NCBI GenBank assembly: GCA_028534125.1
Contig: CM052818.1
Coordinates: 20,772,001-20,836,000 of the forward strand
Direction: 5' to 3'
Source of the DNA: Lama glama
Taxonomy: Eukaryota
Length of the DNA: 64,000 nt
A program made the translations under genes and the position numbers. The notes beneath the pieces are model-generated. The model was not told the DNA's origin. It saw nothing but the letters and a program-made list of their open reading frames with translations, and ran no database searches. This document shows, piece after piece, positions 1-13,128 of the stretch; within the stretch, counting starts at the first letter, position 1, and each line of letters starts with the position of its first letter.

Positions 1-267
1 GGAATTGAAGAGAATGTCGCTGAGAAGGGGATTTTAGTACTTTAAGATCTTGGCTGCTGAAAGGACAAATCCTGTCTATTCACATATTTTTGTTTGGATT
101 TTTATATAATCTTGGCGTACAAATGTTGGTCATTTTAGATAATTTTGAATAAGTAGCCAATATTTGAAAGTTCTAGGATTTTCATATAAATGCATGTTTC
201 TGAGTTTTTCTGAAAAAAACAAAACAAAACAAAAACATAATCTGGCACAACTGGCCATGCATTCTGG

Positions 268-575
268 TGAGAAATTTATTTTCTCCCAGTTGTGGAGGCT
301 GAAAGTCCAAGATCAAGGTCAGACTGATTTGGTTCCTGGTGAGAACCTTCCTTTTGGCTTATAGACAACTGCCTTCTTACCTGGCAGGAACAAAGATAGA
401 GGAGGGTATCTGATATTTCTCCTTATAAGGATGCGAATCCCATCATGGGGGCCCTATCCTCATGACCTCATCTAAACCTGATTATCTCCCAAAGACCCCA
501 TCTCCAAATATCATCCCATTTGGGAGTTAGGGCTTCAGCATACTAATTTTAGGGGACATAATTCAGTCTATAGCA
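268..575 (-). mobile_element. MLT1-type (ERVL-MaLR) LTR fragment
   Basis: Contains gaaatttattttctcccagttgtggaggctgaaagtccaagatcaagg and atcctcatgacctcatctaaacc; ends ggggacataattcagtctatagca, the reverse complement of an MLT1 5' terminus. Confidence 0.85.
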
Positions 576-915
576 GTGGGGTTTTGGTGACTGTCTTAAA
601 TCTTAACATTTTTGACCATTATTAATAAAACTTTAGAGACTCTTCTCAGATTGAGAAAGTTTTTTTTTGTGTTGTTTTGACCCCTTAAATTTTATGTGTG
701 ACCATGGTTACCAAGTTTTTAAAAATAAGAACTCCAGATGTCATAGTAATAATTTTCAGACATCACAGTCTCTCCTCACAGATTATGTTACTTTGGCTTT
801 AATAAGGTTTTTTTCCTCCCATTTTCTGTTCCACTTCCTCTATCTTCTTCCAGAAGCCCTTTTACAGTCTTCTTATTGTTACATCAGTTTTACTATAGGC
901 TGTTCTCTTTTGCAG

Positions 916-1023
916 GTGGAGACCACGTGGCTTTGCAAGGCCAGAGTTAATGAAGATCTTGTACAACTCTCTGGATGATTCCTTTAAACGCCTTATTTAT
1001 CCTCTTCTTTGTAGAGAGTTCAG
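916..1023 (+). CDS. SRBD1: SRBD1 internal coding exon (108 nt, phase 2-2)
   Basis: Acceptor ttctcttttgcag|, donor ag|gtatgc; translates (R)[35 protein letters not shown](R) and joins in frame to the exon at 4420. Confidence 0.95.
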
Positions 1024-2864
1024 GTATGCATCTTGTCTTATTTAACTTTGTGTACTGTTTATTTTTATGTGTGGTAATAGGCCCATTAAAGCATGTAGTA
1101 AATATTTGTTGATCCATTAACCAATTCAAAGGACTGAGTCAGAATCACAAAGTCTTAAATTTAAGCCTAGATTTCAGTCTGTAGAGGCTTTCACGTGCAT
1201 AGATCACAAAACTTAGCTCTTAATTATGGTATACTTTTCAAATCTTGACCACTTAATGTGTACCCCTTCCAGTTCAGCAATACCAGTCTTGTAATTTGAC
1301 GACCAAGCCAAACAAATGGTTTTATTGATGAGAGATTTGGCTTGGGAGAAACAGACTACGAAGTTAATGGAGAAGTTAGTTGGCAGCAGCTTTAGAGGCA
1401 AGAGAGCCAAAAAAAGCATAAGACAATCAGTGGAGCATATGATGAATGTATTACTATGAGAGAAAGCTAATGTGTATGTTTTAACTCCAAATGGGAGCTG
1501 GTTGAATGCATAATTATCAGCAATGATGAGCAAATTTTAGGAGATTATTAAAGTGACCAGCTAAATGGACTAGCAGAAGAACTAAGGGTTACAAAGAACT
1601 GCAAAAGAGGTGAGACACAGGAACGTTTTTAGGGGAGGAGATGGACAGAAATGTTGGGAGGCAAAAACCCTCTTTCTTGCTTCTGTCTAGCCTTTGTCTT
1701 GGTAGTCAATCTTTAGAAGACAGCCATGCCTTCATATTTTCTTCCTATGTGCTATAGATTTCCTTCTTTCTCACATATTTGTAAGTTTCAGCAAGGGTCA
1801 TCTGGGAGCTGTAGCTTTCTAGCCGTGTCTTCAGCCTCACTAGAAGTTATAGCAGCCTTTATAATGTTTGTCTGTTTTTTTCTTACTGGACTGGGTCATT
1901 GACTTTGGAGGTGTTTAGAGTAGGGAGTGAGGAGATACTATTAAAAAGGACATGTAATGCCTTTGTCCAACTTCTTTTTATCAGAGCCATTCAGTCTCTT
2001 AATTCATCCTTTTTAGTCCAGGTATCCCTTAAAAATATTGTTTCTTTTGAAATCCTGTCTCATTTCAAGTCTGTGTGAAGTAACATTGCTTGCTTTGAGG
2101 ACATAAAATTTTGAAAAAGAAATTCTGTTCTTAATGAAGGAAAAAAAAAGAAAATTATCTTACTTAAATTTTTATATTCTTTTCTTTTTTTCTCATGTCA
2201 CATATAATGTCCAGTGGTGCTTTTGACATTTTTGCATATATTTGATTTGAGTAGCCTGTGGAATAATTTCACTGAGATCTGATGTATGCAGTTTGGTGTG
2301 GGATTGTTGAATGTATAATTTTTCTCTGACTTCCCTTAGCAGTGGCAAGCAAGAGCACTTTCCTTTTCTTTTTCTAAAATGCCTGTGGTTAAAAAATATA
2401 TCTCTTATTTCAGTCCATAAGTTGGCTTGCAGATATTGTCTACAGATGTGTTTCTTAATAGAAATTCTTATAATTACCTGAACAGCAGTTGAAAGGGAAA
2501 ACCCCCAATTGATTTTTTTAAAGCAAATTAATTCTCGAATTAAAAAAGAAATTTGTCCTAATGTAGAAAAATTGGAAGAATCTGTAAAACACAAAGGAAA
2601 AAAACATTTCACTGCTTAGAGATAACCATTGTTAACCACTTTTCTCTATTCATGTGTGTATATTAAAAGACATCATAGAGACGACATTTTTTGCAGCTGT
2701 TTTATTCAGTTGACTATATAACATGCATAGTCTCACTGCATTTCTTATTTTCATGACTATCGTGATCATTCATCCATGTTTGGCACACAAACCTCTTTCA
2801 CCAAGACGACATTATCAGTTTCCAACTGCTGTCTTTTATACTATCTTTTATTATATCTTGAATG

Positions 2865-3450
2865 TTGCCTCCTCTTTATCTCTGTCATTACTAGGAGAAA
2901 GTATATCCATGGTTAGTTCAGGGCATCATCATTTCTTGTCTGAATTACTATACTTGGGTCATATATAATTTCTGTCTTGTATTTTCTAATACATATTCCA
3001 CATTGCCATGCTAAAATTCCCATCTGTTTATTTCCACTCTTCTACTTAAAATCTTCGAGTGGATCTTCTTTGTCTCCAGGATAAAATACAAGCTCTTTAG
3101 AAGAATGTGCATGACCATTTGTGGTCTGTTTTTTTCTTTCTCTGCAGTCCTTTGTCTTGGTATTTCTTTTCACTTTATCATATGAAATGACTTACTTTTT
3201 CTGTAATGAGCCCTGAGCTTTTACATATGCTGCTTCCATTGCTCAGAGTATTTTCTTCATGCCTTCCAGCTACTCTCCCTGCCTTTGTTTCCTTAACTAT
3301 TGCTTATCCTTGATTCACCTGAGAAGACATTTCTTTTAGAGAGTTCTCCTGATTTAGCTATACTTTCTATGTGTTCCCATTAGCATAACACTTATTGTTC
3401 TTTTAGAAATGCTTGTAATGATATTTTCATGTTGCTTGGCTGAATGCAGG
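2865..3450 (+). mobile_element. Degraded L2 LINE 3' region
   Basis: L2-like motifs such as catcatcatttcttgtctgaattact, ctcttctacttaaaatcttc, aggataaaatacaagctc and ttacatatgctgcttcc. Confidence 0.6.
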
Positions 3451-4419
3451 GAGAATGACAGTGAAATGTTAGCGAAAAGCCTTAAGAAACTGAATTAAGC
3501 CAGAAAAACAAATGCTAGTTAGGTGTATGTGCCTTCAGATAAGTAGATAATTCTCCCTCAGTGAAGTGTGCTTTTAATTACTTTTGTTCTCTCAATTTTC
3601 TTGTGGCTAATGGCATGCATTTTTTTTTAACCTGGTCTAATAGATAAGACATATTTTTATAAATTCTTTTGAATTTCAGGAAATAATACGTTAAGAACTT
3701 TTGTTAAATAGATGAATGGTGTAAAATTTGGTTTCCAAATACCTCTAAGTCCAATATAGACATGTATTCTTTTATCCTAGAATAAGTTTTTAAAATTAGA
3801 CTTTTAATAGCTTCTCTGGATAAAATTAGGAAATTGTTTATATGAGGCATGGTTCTGGACTGGTATTAGCATCTGTGTTCCTGTCACATCATTGAGGAAT
3901 GACGAGGAGGGTAGATGTGGAAAATGGAATAGAGTGAGAAGATGACATTGAGATATATGTAGGTGAAGATATAAAACTAAGTATTGATAGAGGAGCCTCC
4001 TTATGATTCAATAATTTATCACTAATTATGTATTTATATTTTTAATCAGCTAATAAACTTCAATTTGACATCCCATGTAATGTCCCAATCTTTATACACT
4101 GTCTCCCTCATATACACAGATATTTATACATGTAGATTTTTTAATACGAAGAAGAGCAGTTAGAGGAGAAGTGTAGGTATGACAAACTCAGCAGGTTTGA
4201 TGCCAGAGGATTGTTTATGGTATCATGTATTACTGAGATTAGCAAACATAGACTCAATATAATTTTGTATATGATTTTTTTAAGTTATTTTGTTATGATA
4301 AATGCTTTCGGGAGGAATAATTGTATAAAATAAATTGTGTTCTTTTTCTGGAAGAAAATTTGAATGAATGAAAAACAGAATACTTTATCTTTTTTCTTTT
4401 CTTTTTTCAATTTCTAAAG

Positions 4420-4577
4420 AGCCAAACTGACATCAGACGCAGAGAAAGAATCAGTAATGATGTTTGGACGGAACCTTCGTCAGCTCCTTTTAACAAGCCC
4501 TGTTCCAGGGCGCACTTTGATGGGAGTGGATCCAGGTTACAAGCATGGTTGCAAATTAGCTATAATTTCTCCTACCA
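4420..4577 (+). CDS. SRBD1: SRBD1 coding exon (158 nt), start of the YqgF/RNase H-like domain
   Basis: Long pyrimidine tract then ctaaag|, donor a|gtaagt; translates [52 protein letters not shown] with the Tex-family GVDPG..GCK motif. Confidence 0.97.
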
Positions 4578-4859
4578 GTAAGTATATCTTTCAGCTTTTT
4601 GTATAGAAGTTGGTTGGTTGTCCTTAAATTTTGCTTTCTATATTTCACAAGGATTTGTAAATAATGTTAATTTTCAAGGACTAGAAGGTAGTTTTCTCAC
4701 AAAAAGTGATATGGGAATCAGAATCAAACTTCCTATTTGTCCTCTTTGTTGACCCAAACACTCACCATATTGCTATCATTTATGCCCTTCCCTATGTCAC
4801 AGTGGAGACACTGAGGATTAACTAGGCTCAGACTTTATCCCCCATCAACTTCTGTTTGT

Positions 4860-7200
4860 TGTGATGCATTTATATATGATGCATATTAATCCTGTATATA
4901 TTTTAAATACCAGGAGATATTTTTATTGTTTTGTCCAGTCAGTTTTTTTTTGCCTGTTTACTCATATATGTAACCTTTCTATTTTCTTTATTTCTTTCTG
5001 CATTTCTGTGTTTCTATTTGAGATCATTTTCTTTCTGCCTGAAATTCTAGGCTATTACTTTTCAATATGGAATCAGCTGGTGACAACTTGTCTAGGTTTT
5101 TTGGTCTGAAAGTTTCTGATTTGCCTTTGATTTTGAAAAATATTTTTGCTGGGTGTAGAATTCAAGATTGACAGTTATTTTTAGTACTTTAAAGATGTCA
5201 TTCCTTTTTTTTTCTTTTTTCCTGGCTACTACAGTTTCTGTTGAGAAGTAAGCTAAAAATCTTATTATTGCTACTTTGAAGGTAATAATTTTTTCTCCTC
5301 TGGCTGCTAAGATTTCCTCTTTGTGATTTTCAGTTTTCTTATGCGTTTAGCTGCGTATGTATGTGTGTGTACGTTTTGTCTTTTTTTAGCAGGGTGGAGG
5401 GACATGAATTCTCCTGGAAGGTTGTAAAGCTTCTTGCAGCTATTTCTGGAATTCCAGTTACGTGTATATCAGACCAATCAATTTCCTCTTCTATTTTCCA
5501 TTCTTTTATTTTCTATTGATTATCTTTAATTAATCCTCTGTTCTGGTATTAAATCTATCCATTGAGTTGAGTAATTTATTACGTTTTTAAGTTTTTGAAT
5601 TCCCACTTGATACTTTAAAAAATAGGTCACAATTTTATGGTGAACTTCTTCACCTTTTAATTTTTTTTATCTTTTTAATTTTTCTTGTGTTTCTTTTGGT
5701 TTAGGTTCTGGAATAACTTTTTCTTTCATAATTAATACCTGAGTTCTCTTATTTCTCAGATTTTTAAATTCTGATTTATTTTATTCTCATTTTCCTTTTT
5801 TTTTTTTTTTTTTAGGTTACAGTTTTTCTCTGTTTTGGGGCACATCTTCTATAGGGGCATTATGCTAGTCTTTTTTATTTCCAGTTTTGAAAAATAATCA
5901 TTCTATATCTAATTTGACCATGATCCTTTTCTGTTGCTTAGTTTTAATAAAGTTAGTTTTCCTCAACTTTTAGAATGGAAGGCTGGGCAGGGAAATTCTT
6001 TTCTAGCTGTATATGAATAGAAATCATTTCTGTTTTTTCCAAATTGTTAAGAAGGAAAAGTTTTATATCTCTTTGGACTGAGAGATAACCTTATAATTTC
6101 TGAAATTTGCATTCTTTTTGCTTTCCTCCTTTTTATCTAGACTTTTTTTTTTTGCCTTTGCCTATACTGTCCTTACCTTGCTCAATGTGGATATGATTCT
6201 CAGTTTTTTTCTCACTGTGGGATTTTGTCTTTAAAAGGATATTCTTCTTATCAATAAAAAATGTTAAAAAAAAAGGATATTCTACTTGTTAGTTTCAAGA
6301 GTTCAAAGATCAGATTTTTCTAATCTTTTTTTTTTCTAATCTTTTTTGAACTTAACTATGCAACCTTTGTACTGACCTATAAATTAGAGTATGTGAAAGT
6401 CTTTTCCAGTTTCACTACCTGTTCTCAAACAGACTTGTCGTGATTTCCAGGGAAAATCTGAGGTCCATGAGATAAGTATTGTTTCTCTGTGGTTTATTGT
6501 TTCTCTCTGCCTCCTCCCACAGAAATGCCGTGCATGACGGTCTCAGTAGTTGTTGGTGCATTGTTCCCACCTGCTGATCTTTTGGGTTTTGTGGGGATAC
6601 TTTTTTATAGATAAAGTCACAGGTTTTTTATTTTGCTTTCCTACTTGCTCTGTCTCTTTTTATGCTATGGATTTTTATAATACATAGGAAATATATTTTG
6701 TCATTGTTTTTTCCTGCATCTTTTGAGCTATCATATGGCTTTTATCCTTTGCTGTGTTTATATTGCTTATAGGATGGTTCTTTTTAAAATTTTGCACACA
6801 CATACATACATATACATGCATGTATTTTTGGTCTGTTTTGTTAAGACTTTTCCAAGAATTTATCCATTTCATCATTTAATCCAAATTAGCAAAGTTTTTT
6901 ATAATAATCTCTGTGTTTTTTAAATCTGTCCTGAATCTCTAGTTCTTTTCTTTCTAATATAATATATTTGTGTCTTCTTCCCTTTCTTTTTCCTGATTGG
7001 TATTGCTAAAAGTATGTATTTTTCTTAACAAATGATTTTTAATTTTAAACTTTATTGATCCTGTTACATGTTTTTTCTATTTCATTAATTTCTGCTTTTA
7101 ACATTATCATTTCTGTCCTTCCACTTTCTTTGAGATAATTCTGTTGTTCTTTGACTGACTTCCCAAGTTGGTCACTTAGCTAATTATTTCTATTCTTTAA
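4860..7200 (-). mobile_element. Old fragmented L1 (L1ME/L1M-type) pieces
   Basis: T-rich antisense L1-like text, e.g. atatttttgctgggtgtagaattcaagattgacagttatttt, tttctgttgagaagtaagct and tttctatttcattaatttctgctttt. Confidence 0.6.
6246..6270 (+). mobile_element. Ultra-short retrotransposon 3'-end insertion with 13-bp target-site duplication
   Basis: aaaaggatattct at 6233-6245 and 6271-6283 flanks tcttatcaataaaaaatgttaaaaa; the target site reads TT/AAAA. Confidence 0.7.
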
Positions 7201-7675
7201 GTAGTTACCCTCAAATTTTAAAATATATTTCTAGCTGAAATATAATATACACTAAAACTCACAATTCATAAACAGCTGAAAGAATTATGTATGGTAAAGA
7301 AATTTACATATCTACAACCCCCCAAAAGAAATAGAATAGTATTACAACACTGTCTGACATACAGTAAATATTTAGGAGGTGTTAGCTTTTACTCTTGCTG
7401 ATGTTCAGTGTAATTAAAAATCATTTTTCTTTTAGGTATAGTGTAGTATGTAGTCAATAATGATTTTGTGTAGTGAAACAGAGTCCTGGTAACTTAGGAA
7501 ATAAAATTTCAGAGTGCTTAGGGAGAATCCGATTAAGGAATATGAATGATTCAGACTACATTTTAAAAGATGAACAGTTCCCTTTTCAGGTTCAGCTTGC
7601 TTAATCAAATCAGTGGTGTGTTACGCTTTGTAGTTTCTTAACAAAATGGCTTATTGTTTTCATTTTTTTTCTAAG

Positions 7676-7766
7676 GTCAGATACTTCATACTGATGTGGT
7701 TTACTTGCATTGTGGACAAGGCTTCCGAGAGGCAGAGAAAATAAAGAGGCTTTTGCTGAATTTCAA
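7676..7766 (+). CDS. SRBD1: SRBD1 coding exon (91 nt)
   Basis: Acceptor ttttttttctaag|, donor aa|gtatga; translates (S)[29 protein letters not shown](N); phases match both neighbours. Confidence 0.96.
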
Positions 7767-8024
7767 GTATGAAAATAAGTAACCTTTTGAGTACTTCAGT
7801 GGCACAGCCAGTAAGAGATAACTTTGAAGTCCCTAATTTGGAGGGAGGGATTAAGGGAAGTCCTTGGTGAGAGAGAAGGAACCGTGTAAAACAGTGCTGG
7901 GGCAAGCTGCTGGAGAACTCTACATTTGGAGGCCCTGGAGGAATGCTGCTCCCTTCCTCTGCCGCCTTCACTAAACAAAGGTGGTAATATGAGCAAAAGT
8001 GAGCATTTAATTCTACTATTTGGG

Positions 8025-8098
8025 CCTTCTCTTTCTTTCTTTCCTCCTTTCCTTACTTCCTCTGTCCCTCCCTCCCTCCCTCCCTTCCTTCCTTTTTC
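8025..8098. repeat. CT-rich low-complexity tract ((CCTT)/(CCCT)-like)
   Basis: ccttctctttctttctttcctcctttccttacttcctctgtccctccctccctccctcccttccttcc seen directly. Confidence 0.8.
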
Positions 8099-8472
8099 AT
8101 GGATCTTAGGAATGGAGCAGTTAGAAGCTTCAGAAATTATTTGACAATATATCACATAACTCAGTCACAATTCTTTATTATGTTTTAGAATGCTCCAGCG
8201 TTTACTCATTCATGTCTAAATTTGGTTCCTTCTAGATAGGAAGAAGGCTGACTGTTCTGGAGATGGTGTGACTGTAAAACATTTCTCCACTGCTTCCTAT
8301 AATACCAAGTGCAAGGGCAGTGTCTTTTATTCTACATAGGCCTGTGTTGCCCTGTGAGATAGTAGAGAGGTTGCTTGGATAATACTGTCTGTACATTCTG
8401 TACATTGTCTCCTGATTGGCTTAGAAGCATGCCTTGATCTCGTCCAGTTTCTCATTTTGTTTCTCCTTGAAG

Positions 8473-8580
8473 CTGCAGCACAGTGGTGATTGGAAATGGA
8501 ACTGCCTGCCGGGAAACAGAAGCTTACTTTGCTGACCTGATAATGAAAAATTACTTTGCACCACTGGATGTTGTTTACTG
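8473..8580 (+). CDS. SRBD1: SRBD1 coding exon (108 nt, phase 2-2)
   Basis: Acceptor ttttgtttctccttgaag|, donor tg|gtaagg; translates [35 protein letters not shown](C) with the Tex-family IGNGTA.RET motif. Confidence 0.97.
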
Positions 8581-9399
8581 GTAAGGATGTCAGGAATGCT
8601 TGTTTCCTTTGAGAGGCAAGGAACTTCTGAAGTTCCTTCTATGATGAATTCTCCTTTCTCTCTTTAAGATGTACATCTTGTTTGCCCCCGTATCAGCTCT
8701 TACTATTCGTAAGAGCTTTGCAGGACAATGTAAAGTGTCTGTATCTTGGAGAAATTTGAGTTTCAGTATCCTGAAACCTCTCACAGATGCAGCAAGTTAG
8801 GGCTTTCTTGGATTCATAGGATTTTCCAGGCTGTACATTGTGTGAGGGCTCCAGCTAACCAGTGACTATTCAGTAGGGTGGTGTATAAGGCTAGCTACTG
8901 TAGCCTGAATAGCTGAACCTTCTTCTCCCAAAGTTTTGATGCCTATGAATCATTGGCCTTCAGAACTGAGAGCTAAGGTAAGTACTACAAATTAAAAGCA
9001 TTTCTGATGTTCCTTTCACATACTTTCATTTTGTACAGGCATACAGTTGACTTCTAAATAACTTTGGAATAGCATGACCCATTCCTCTAGTCCTGCTGCT
9101 AGGCCTGTAGTTGTTCTGCTTTCATTCACCACTGTTCCTTTACTTTTCCTTTGAACCTCTAAAAGCCACACTCCTCTTTTCCAGACTACAGTAGAATTCT
9201 AAATCCTAAAGGGTTTAATTCTAGAACATAGTTATAATGGATAATATCTAGGAGAGAGCATGTGCCATCTCCCACTGCTTTTTGAGGAATGTAATAACTA
9301 AGTATAGGTAACTCATAAGTATATGACTGACAGGATCACCAAAACAAAAACAAAAACAAAACCAAACCCAACACAGGAAGAAGAAATCTAGGATCCACT

Positions 9400-9810
9400 G
9401 GAATAAGCCAAAAGAGAGGGTCCTTGTATTTAGTGTAGTATTCTGTAAGCCAAGAGTATAATCAAGACATTAGGAAAACAAAGTCAGGGTAACCAAAGGG
9501 AAATAGAAGATCAGGGACAGACTATAGGTGCCATAGAGTAATGGTTCAAGGAAGGATGAGATTGAATAGTCTAAATTTTGTTTCCTAATAACCTTGTTCA
9601 TTAAGCTAGTGAAAGAATTAGAAAATGGGATGAACTGAAGAGGTGTGGTGTGTGATGAAAGAATGAGAAAAGGGAGGGGGAGCTGTGGTGGAGGATAGGA
9701 GGTGTAATTTTTGAGGTTAGATGTATACCAAGGGGCCTGGTCATTCAAGGATAAGCAGATGGCCAGATCCTGTTAGGAAATAAAGAGTTGGTTTTGGACA
9801 TCTGTGGAAT
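9400..9810 (-). mobile_element. Degraded L2 fragment
   Basis: Purine-rich L2-like text ending taaagagttggttttggacatctgtgg. Confidence 0.4.
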
Positions 9811-10259
9811 ACACATTTGACCTCTTTCTTCTCCTTTTATTTCAGTAGGGTGCCAATCATTTAATAGAAGGAATATATAGTTTAAGGAATCAAAGTTTTG
9901 TTGCTTGAGATAAGTTGACCTACCTGAGTCTAACTTAATTGCAGGGAATAGCTTGAGCCCCGAAGGGTTAACTCACTTGTGAAAATAATAGTGAAGCTAA
10001 TGAAAATCTTCTGCTTAAAATTAAAAAACAAACATTTCTTTAAAGATATTAATAATATTTACTATTACAGATTGATTGGAAAAGATACATAAGTGACCAG
10101 ATTTTCTATTAGCTAAACTGTTATTTTTATTTTTTAGATTTCTAGCTTATTTCTGGATTATTATGTATGCATATATTTGTGTGTTATAAAAAGGAACTCA
10201 CACTCTACATGTCCCCCACTTAATATGTTACCGTCTTCTCATGCTAATAAGTGGGCTTG

Positions 10260-11815
10260 AGAAGTAATTGACATAAAATGAACTGTACATATTTAAAGTT
10301 TTCAGTTTTATAAGTTTTGACATTTGCATTCTCCCATGAATCTATCACCACAATTAAGATAATGAACAGACCCACTGCCCCCCAAATTTCCTCATGTTCC
10401 TTTGTAATCCACCCTGACCTCTCTGACCTCTCCCTCCCCCAGGCAACCTTTGATTTGCTTTATGTAGCTGTAGATTAGTTTACATTGTCTAGACTTGTAT
10501 GTAATTGGAATCATACAGTGTATATTCATAATTATTTTGAGATTCATTCATGATATTGTATGTCAGTAGTTTGTTCTTCTTGTGACTGAGTAGTATTCTA
10601 TTTCATGATTGAATCATAGTTAGTTTGTTCATTTACCTATTGATGGACATTTGGATTGTTGCCAGTTTTGGCTATTACAAATAAAGCTGTATGAACATTC
10701 TTGTTAAATCTTTTCATTGACATATGCTTTCATTTATCTTGAGTGTATAAGTAGGAGTGGAATGACTATGTTGTATGGTAGGTATATGTTTAACTTAAGA
10801 AACTGCCAAACTGTTTTCCAAGATGGTTTTACCATTTTACATTCCCACCCAGCAGTGTATCAGAGTTCCAGTTTCTCCATATCATTATCAGTCTGCTTGG
10901 TATGCCCAGTCTTTTAAATTTAGCTATTCTAGTGCATGTGTAGTGATTGCTCATTGTGGTTTTATCTACATTCCTTAGCAATTCATGATGTTGAAAAGCT
11001 TCATTTGCTTTCTTGTCATCCATGTATTTTCTTTGGTTAAATATCTGTCCAGATCTTCTTGCCATTAAAAAAAAATTAATTGTTTTTCTTCCTATTATTG
11101 AATAAGAGTATTTTGTATTTATGCTGAATACAAATCCTTTGTTAAATACATGTTTTGTAAACATTTTCTCCCAGTTTTTAGCTAGCTTTTTCATTTTTCA
11201 GCATGGTCTCTTGGAAAGCAAACATTTTAAATTATGATGAAGAATAATTTTTTTGTATAGTACTTGCTATTTGTCCTATGTAAATAATGTTTGGAAAAAC
11301 TAAGGTCACTATGATTTTCCACTGTATTTTTTTAGAAGTTTTTAGCTTTAATTCTTTTATTTAGGTCTATAACCCATTTAAAGTTAATTTTTATATATGG
11401 TACAAAGTTCTTTTTTTCTATATGGCTATGGATTATTCCAGTACCATTTGTTGAAAAATTGTCCTTTCCTCATTGAATTGCTTTGACATCTTTGTTGAAA
11501 AGCAACTGCTCATATACATGTGGATCTACTTCTGTAGTCTGTTCTGTTTAATTGATCTACATGTCTTTACATTAATCTTCATATGTTTAACTGATTCTAC
11601 TTGGTGCTGATTTGTGTAGCTTAATAAGTAATGGAGTTAGATAGTGCATTCCTTCAGTTTTGCTTTTTCAAAATTGTTTTGGCTATTCTATGTCCATAGT
11701 GCTTCTGCATAAATCGTAGAATCAGCTTTTCAGTTTCTACAAATGGGCCTGCTGGGATTTTGATTGGAATTAAGTTGGCTCTACAATTTAATTTGTGGAG
11801 AATTGACATCCATCT
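10260..11815 (-). mobile_element. L1 (L1MB/MC/MD-type) 3' UTR plus ORF2 C-terminal remnant
   Basis: gtaattgacataaaatgaactgtacatatttaaag 3' end; gatggacatttggattgttgccagtttt; aactgccaaactgttttccaa. ORF 10829..11194 resembles a degraded ORF2 C-terminus (NWEKMFTKHVFNKG). Confidence 0.9.
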
Positions 11816-11819
11816 ATTT

Positions 11820-12730
11820 AATTTTTAATTTCAGTTAATACTTTTTATATCTAGAACTTTATGTTCTTTCAAACCTGCTTGATCATTCTTACAGTTTTTA
11901 AATTGTATATTTTTTAAACCTATCTTTTATTTCCTTAATCATACTAAACATTATTATTTTGTAGTCCATGGTAATTCTAATATCTATAATCCTTGCAAAT
12001 CTATTTCTGCCGTCTGTTTTTACTGCTAGTTCTCCTTTGTTTCCTTTTCTGTTCAGTTAATTTTTTTGAAAACTCCTTATTTTCATGGAACTGTGTCTGT
12101 GGGAATTCACTGAGGCCCAGATTGATTGTGAGTTGCTTCAAAGATGATTTGCATTTGCTTCTGCCAGGCTCCTGTGAACACTACCAGTTTGGGATCACGT
12201 AAATTAAATTCTCGGCTTGAATTTTTTTCTGGCCACCCAGGTAGTGTGAATTTAGGCTGCAAACAAGAGAGATGGCTTGTGGTTCCATATTCTCACCAGA
12301 GATTGTTCCTGTGACAACGTTTGAGATAGACCATTTTCATTGCAGTATCCTGGGGGTAGGGTACAGGGTACAACTTTGACCCTTATGCTGGGGGTTTAAG
12401 CCTTTGGGATATCAGCTTTATATGTGGGAGGGTAGTTGGGGGAATCGTTTGTTAACACCATCTTAGGTGGACTCTGAGTTTTGTCCTCAAGTTCTGTGAC
12501 GCTCTTTGAGGCCACGGAGATAGAAAGTAAAATTCACCTGGTTCGGCAGTGCCCTCAGGTGAAAGTCAGCTTCAGAAATCAAGGTTCCCATGCTTACTTT
12601 ATTATTTCTAGATTGAATATTTCTTCCTTGCCAACACACTGATGCATTTGAGATGTATTATATCTAGGATTTTTAGTTATTTTCAGTAAACTGTTGATCT
12701 AGGTAGCTAATCTTCCATATTACTGGCAAC
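11820..12730 (-). mobile_element. Old L1ME-type 5' region fragment
   Basis: ttttatatctagaactttatgttctttc, atactaaacattattattttgtagtcc and gatttgcatttgcttctgccagg resemble old L1 5' sequence. Confidence 0.45.
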
Positions 12731-13128
12731 AAGATCACTACTTGATTTTCTATTTTTAGTCTACTTTAAATTTAAAATTTGGTGTTTTCTGACATCAAAG
12801 ACATAAATCATAAGGGAAAACCAGAAGATGATCATTTTTAATCATCTCTGTTTACACTTTTGAATTAAGAGTTATTTGTTTCTTGTACTTGTTTCCTCTT
12901 GGTATGAGTGCCTGTAAAACTTGTGCATGACATTGTTCTCTGGTCATTTACTAGTCTTTTTTTCTTTCTTTCTTTCTTTTAAGCATGCTCAAAAGAGAGA
13001 TTTTGAAAAATCCAGGAAAATACAAAAAGGAAAATAAACATAATTTGTAATTCACTACTCAGAGAATGGTATTACTTTATTGTATTTTATTCTAGTTATA
13101 TTACTTACGTATTCATTCAACAAATATT

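Noticed and set aside
7767..7775. U12-type intron donor
   Set aside because: GTATGAAA does not match the U12 consensus RTATCCTT, so it is treated as a weak U2 donor.
8641..8774. C/D-box snoRNA (ATGATGA ... CTGA)
   Set aside because: No terminal stem flanks the boxes and I saw no recognisable rRNA or snRNA guide; such boxes are common by chance.
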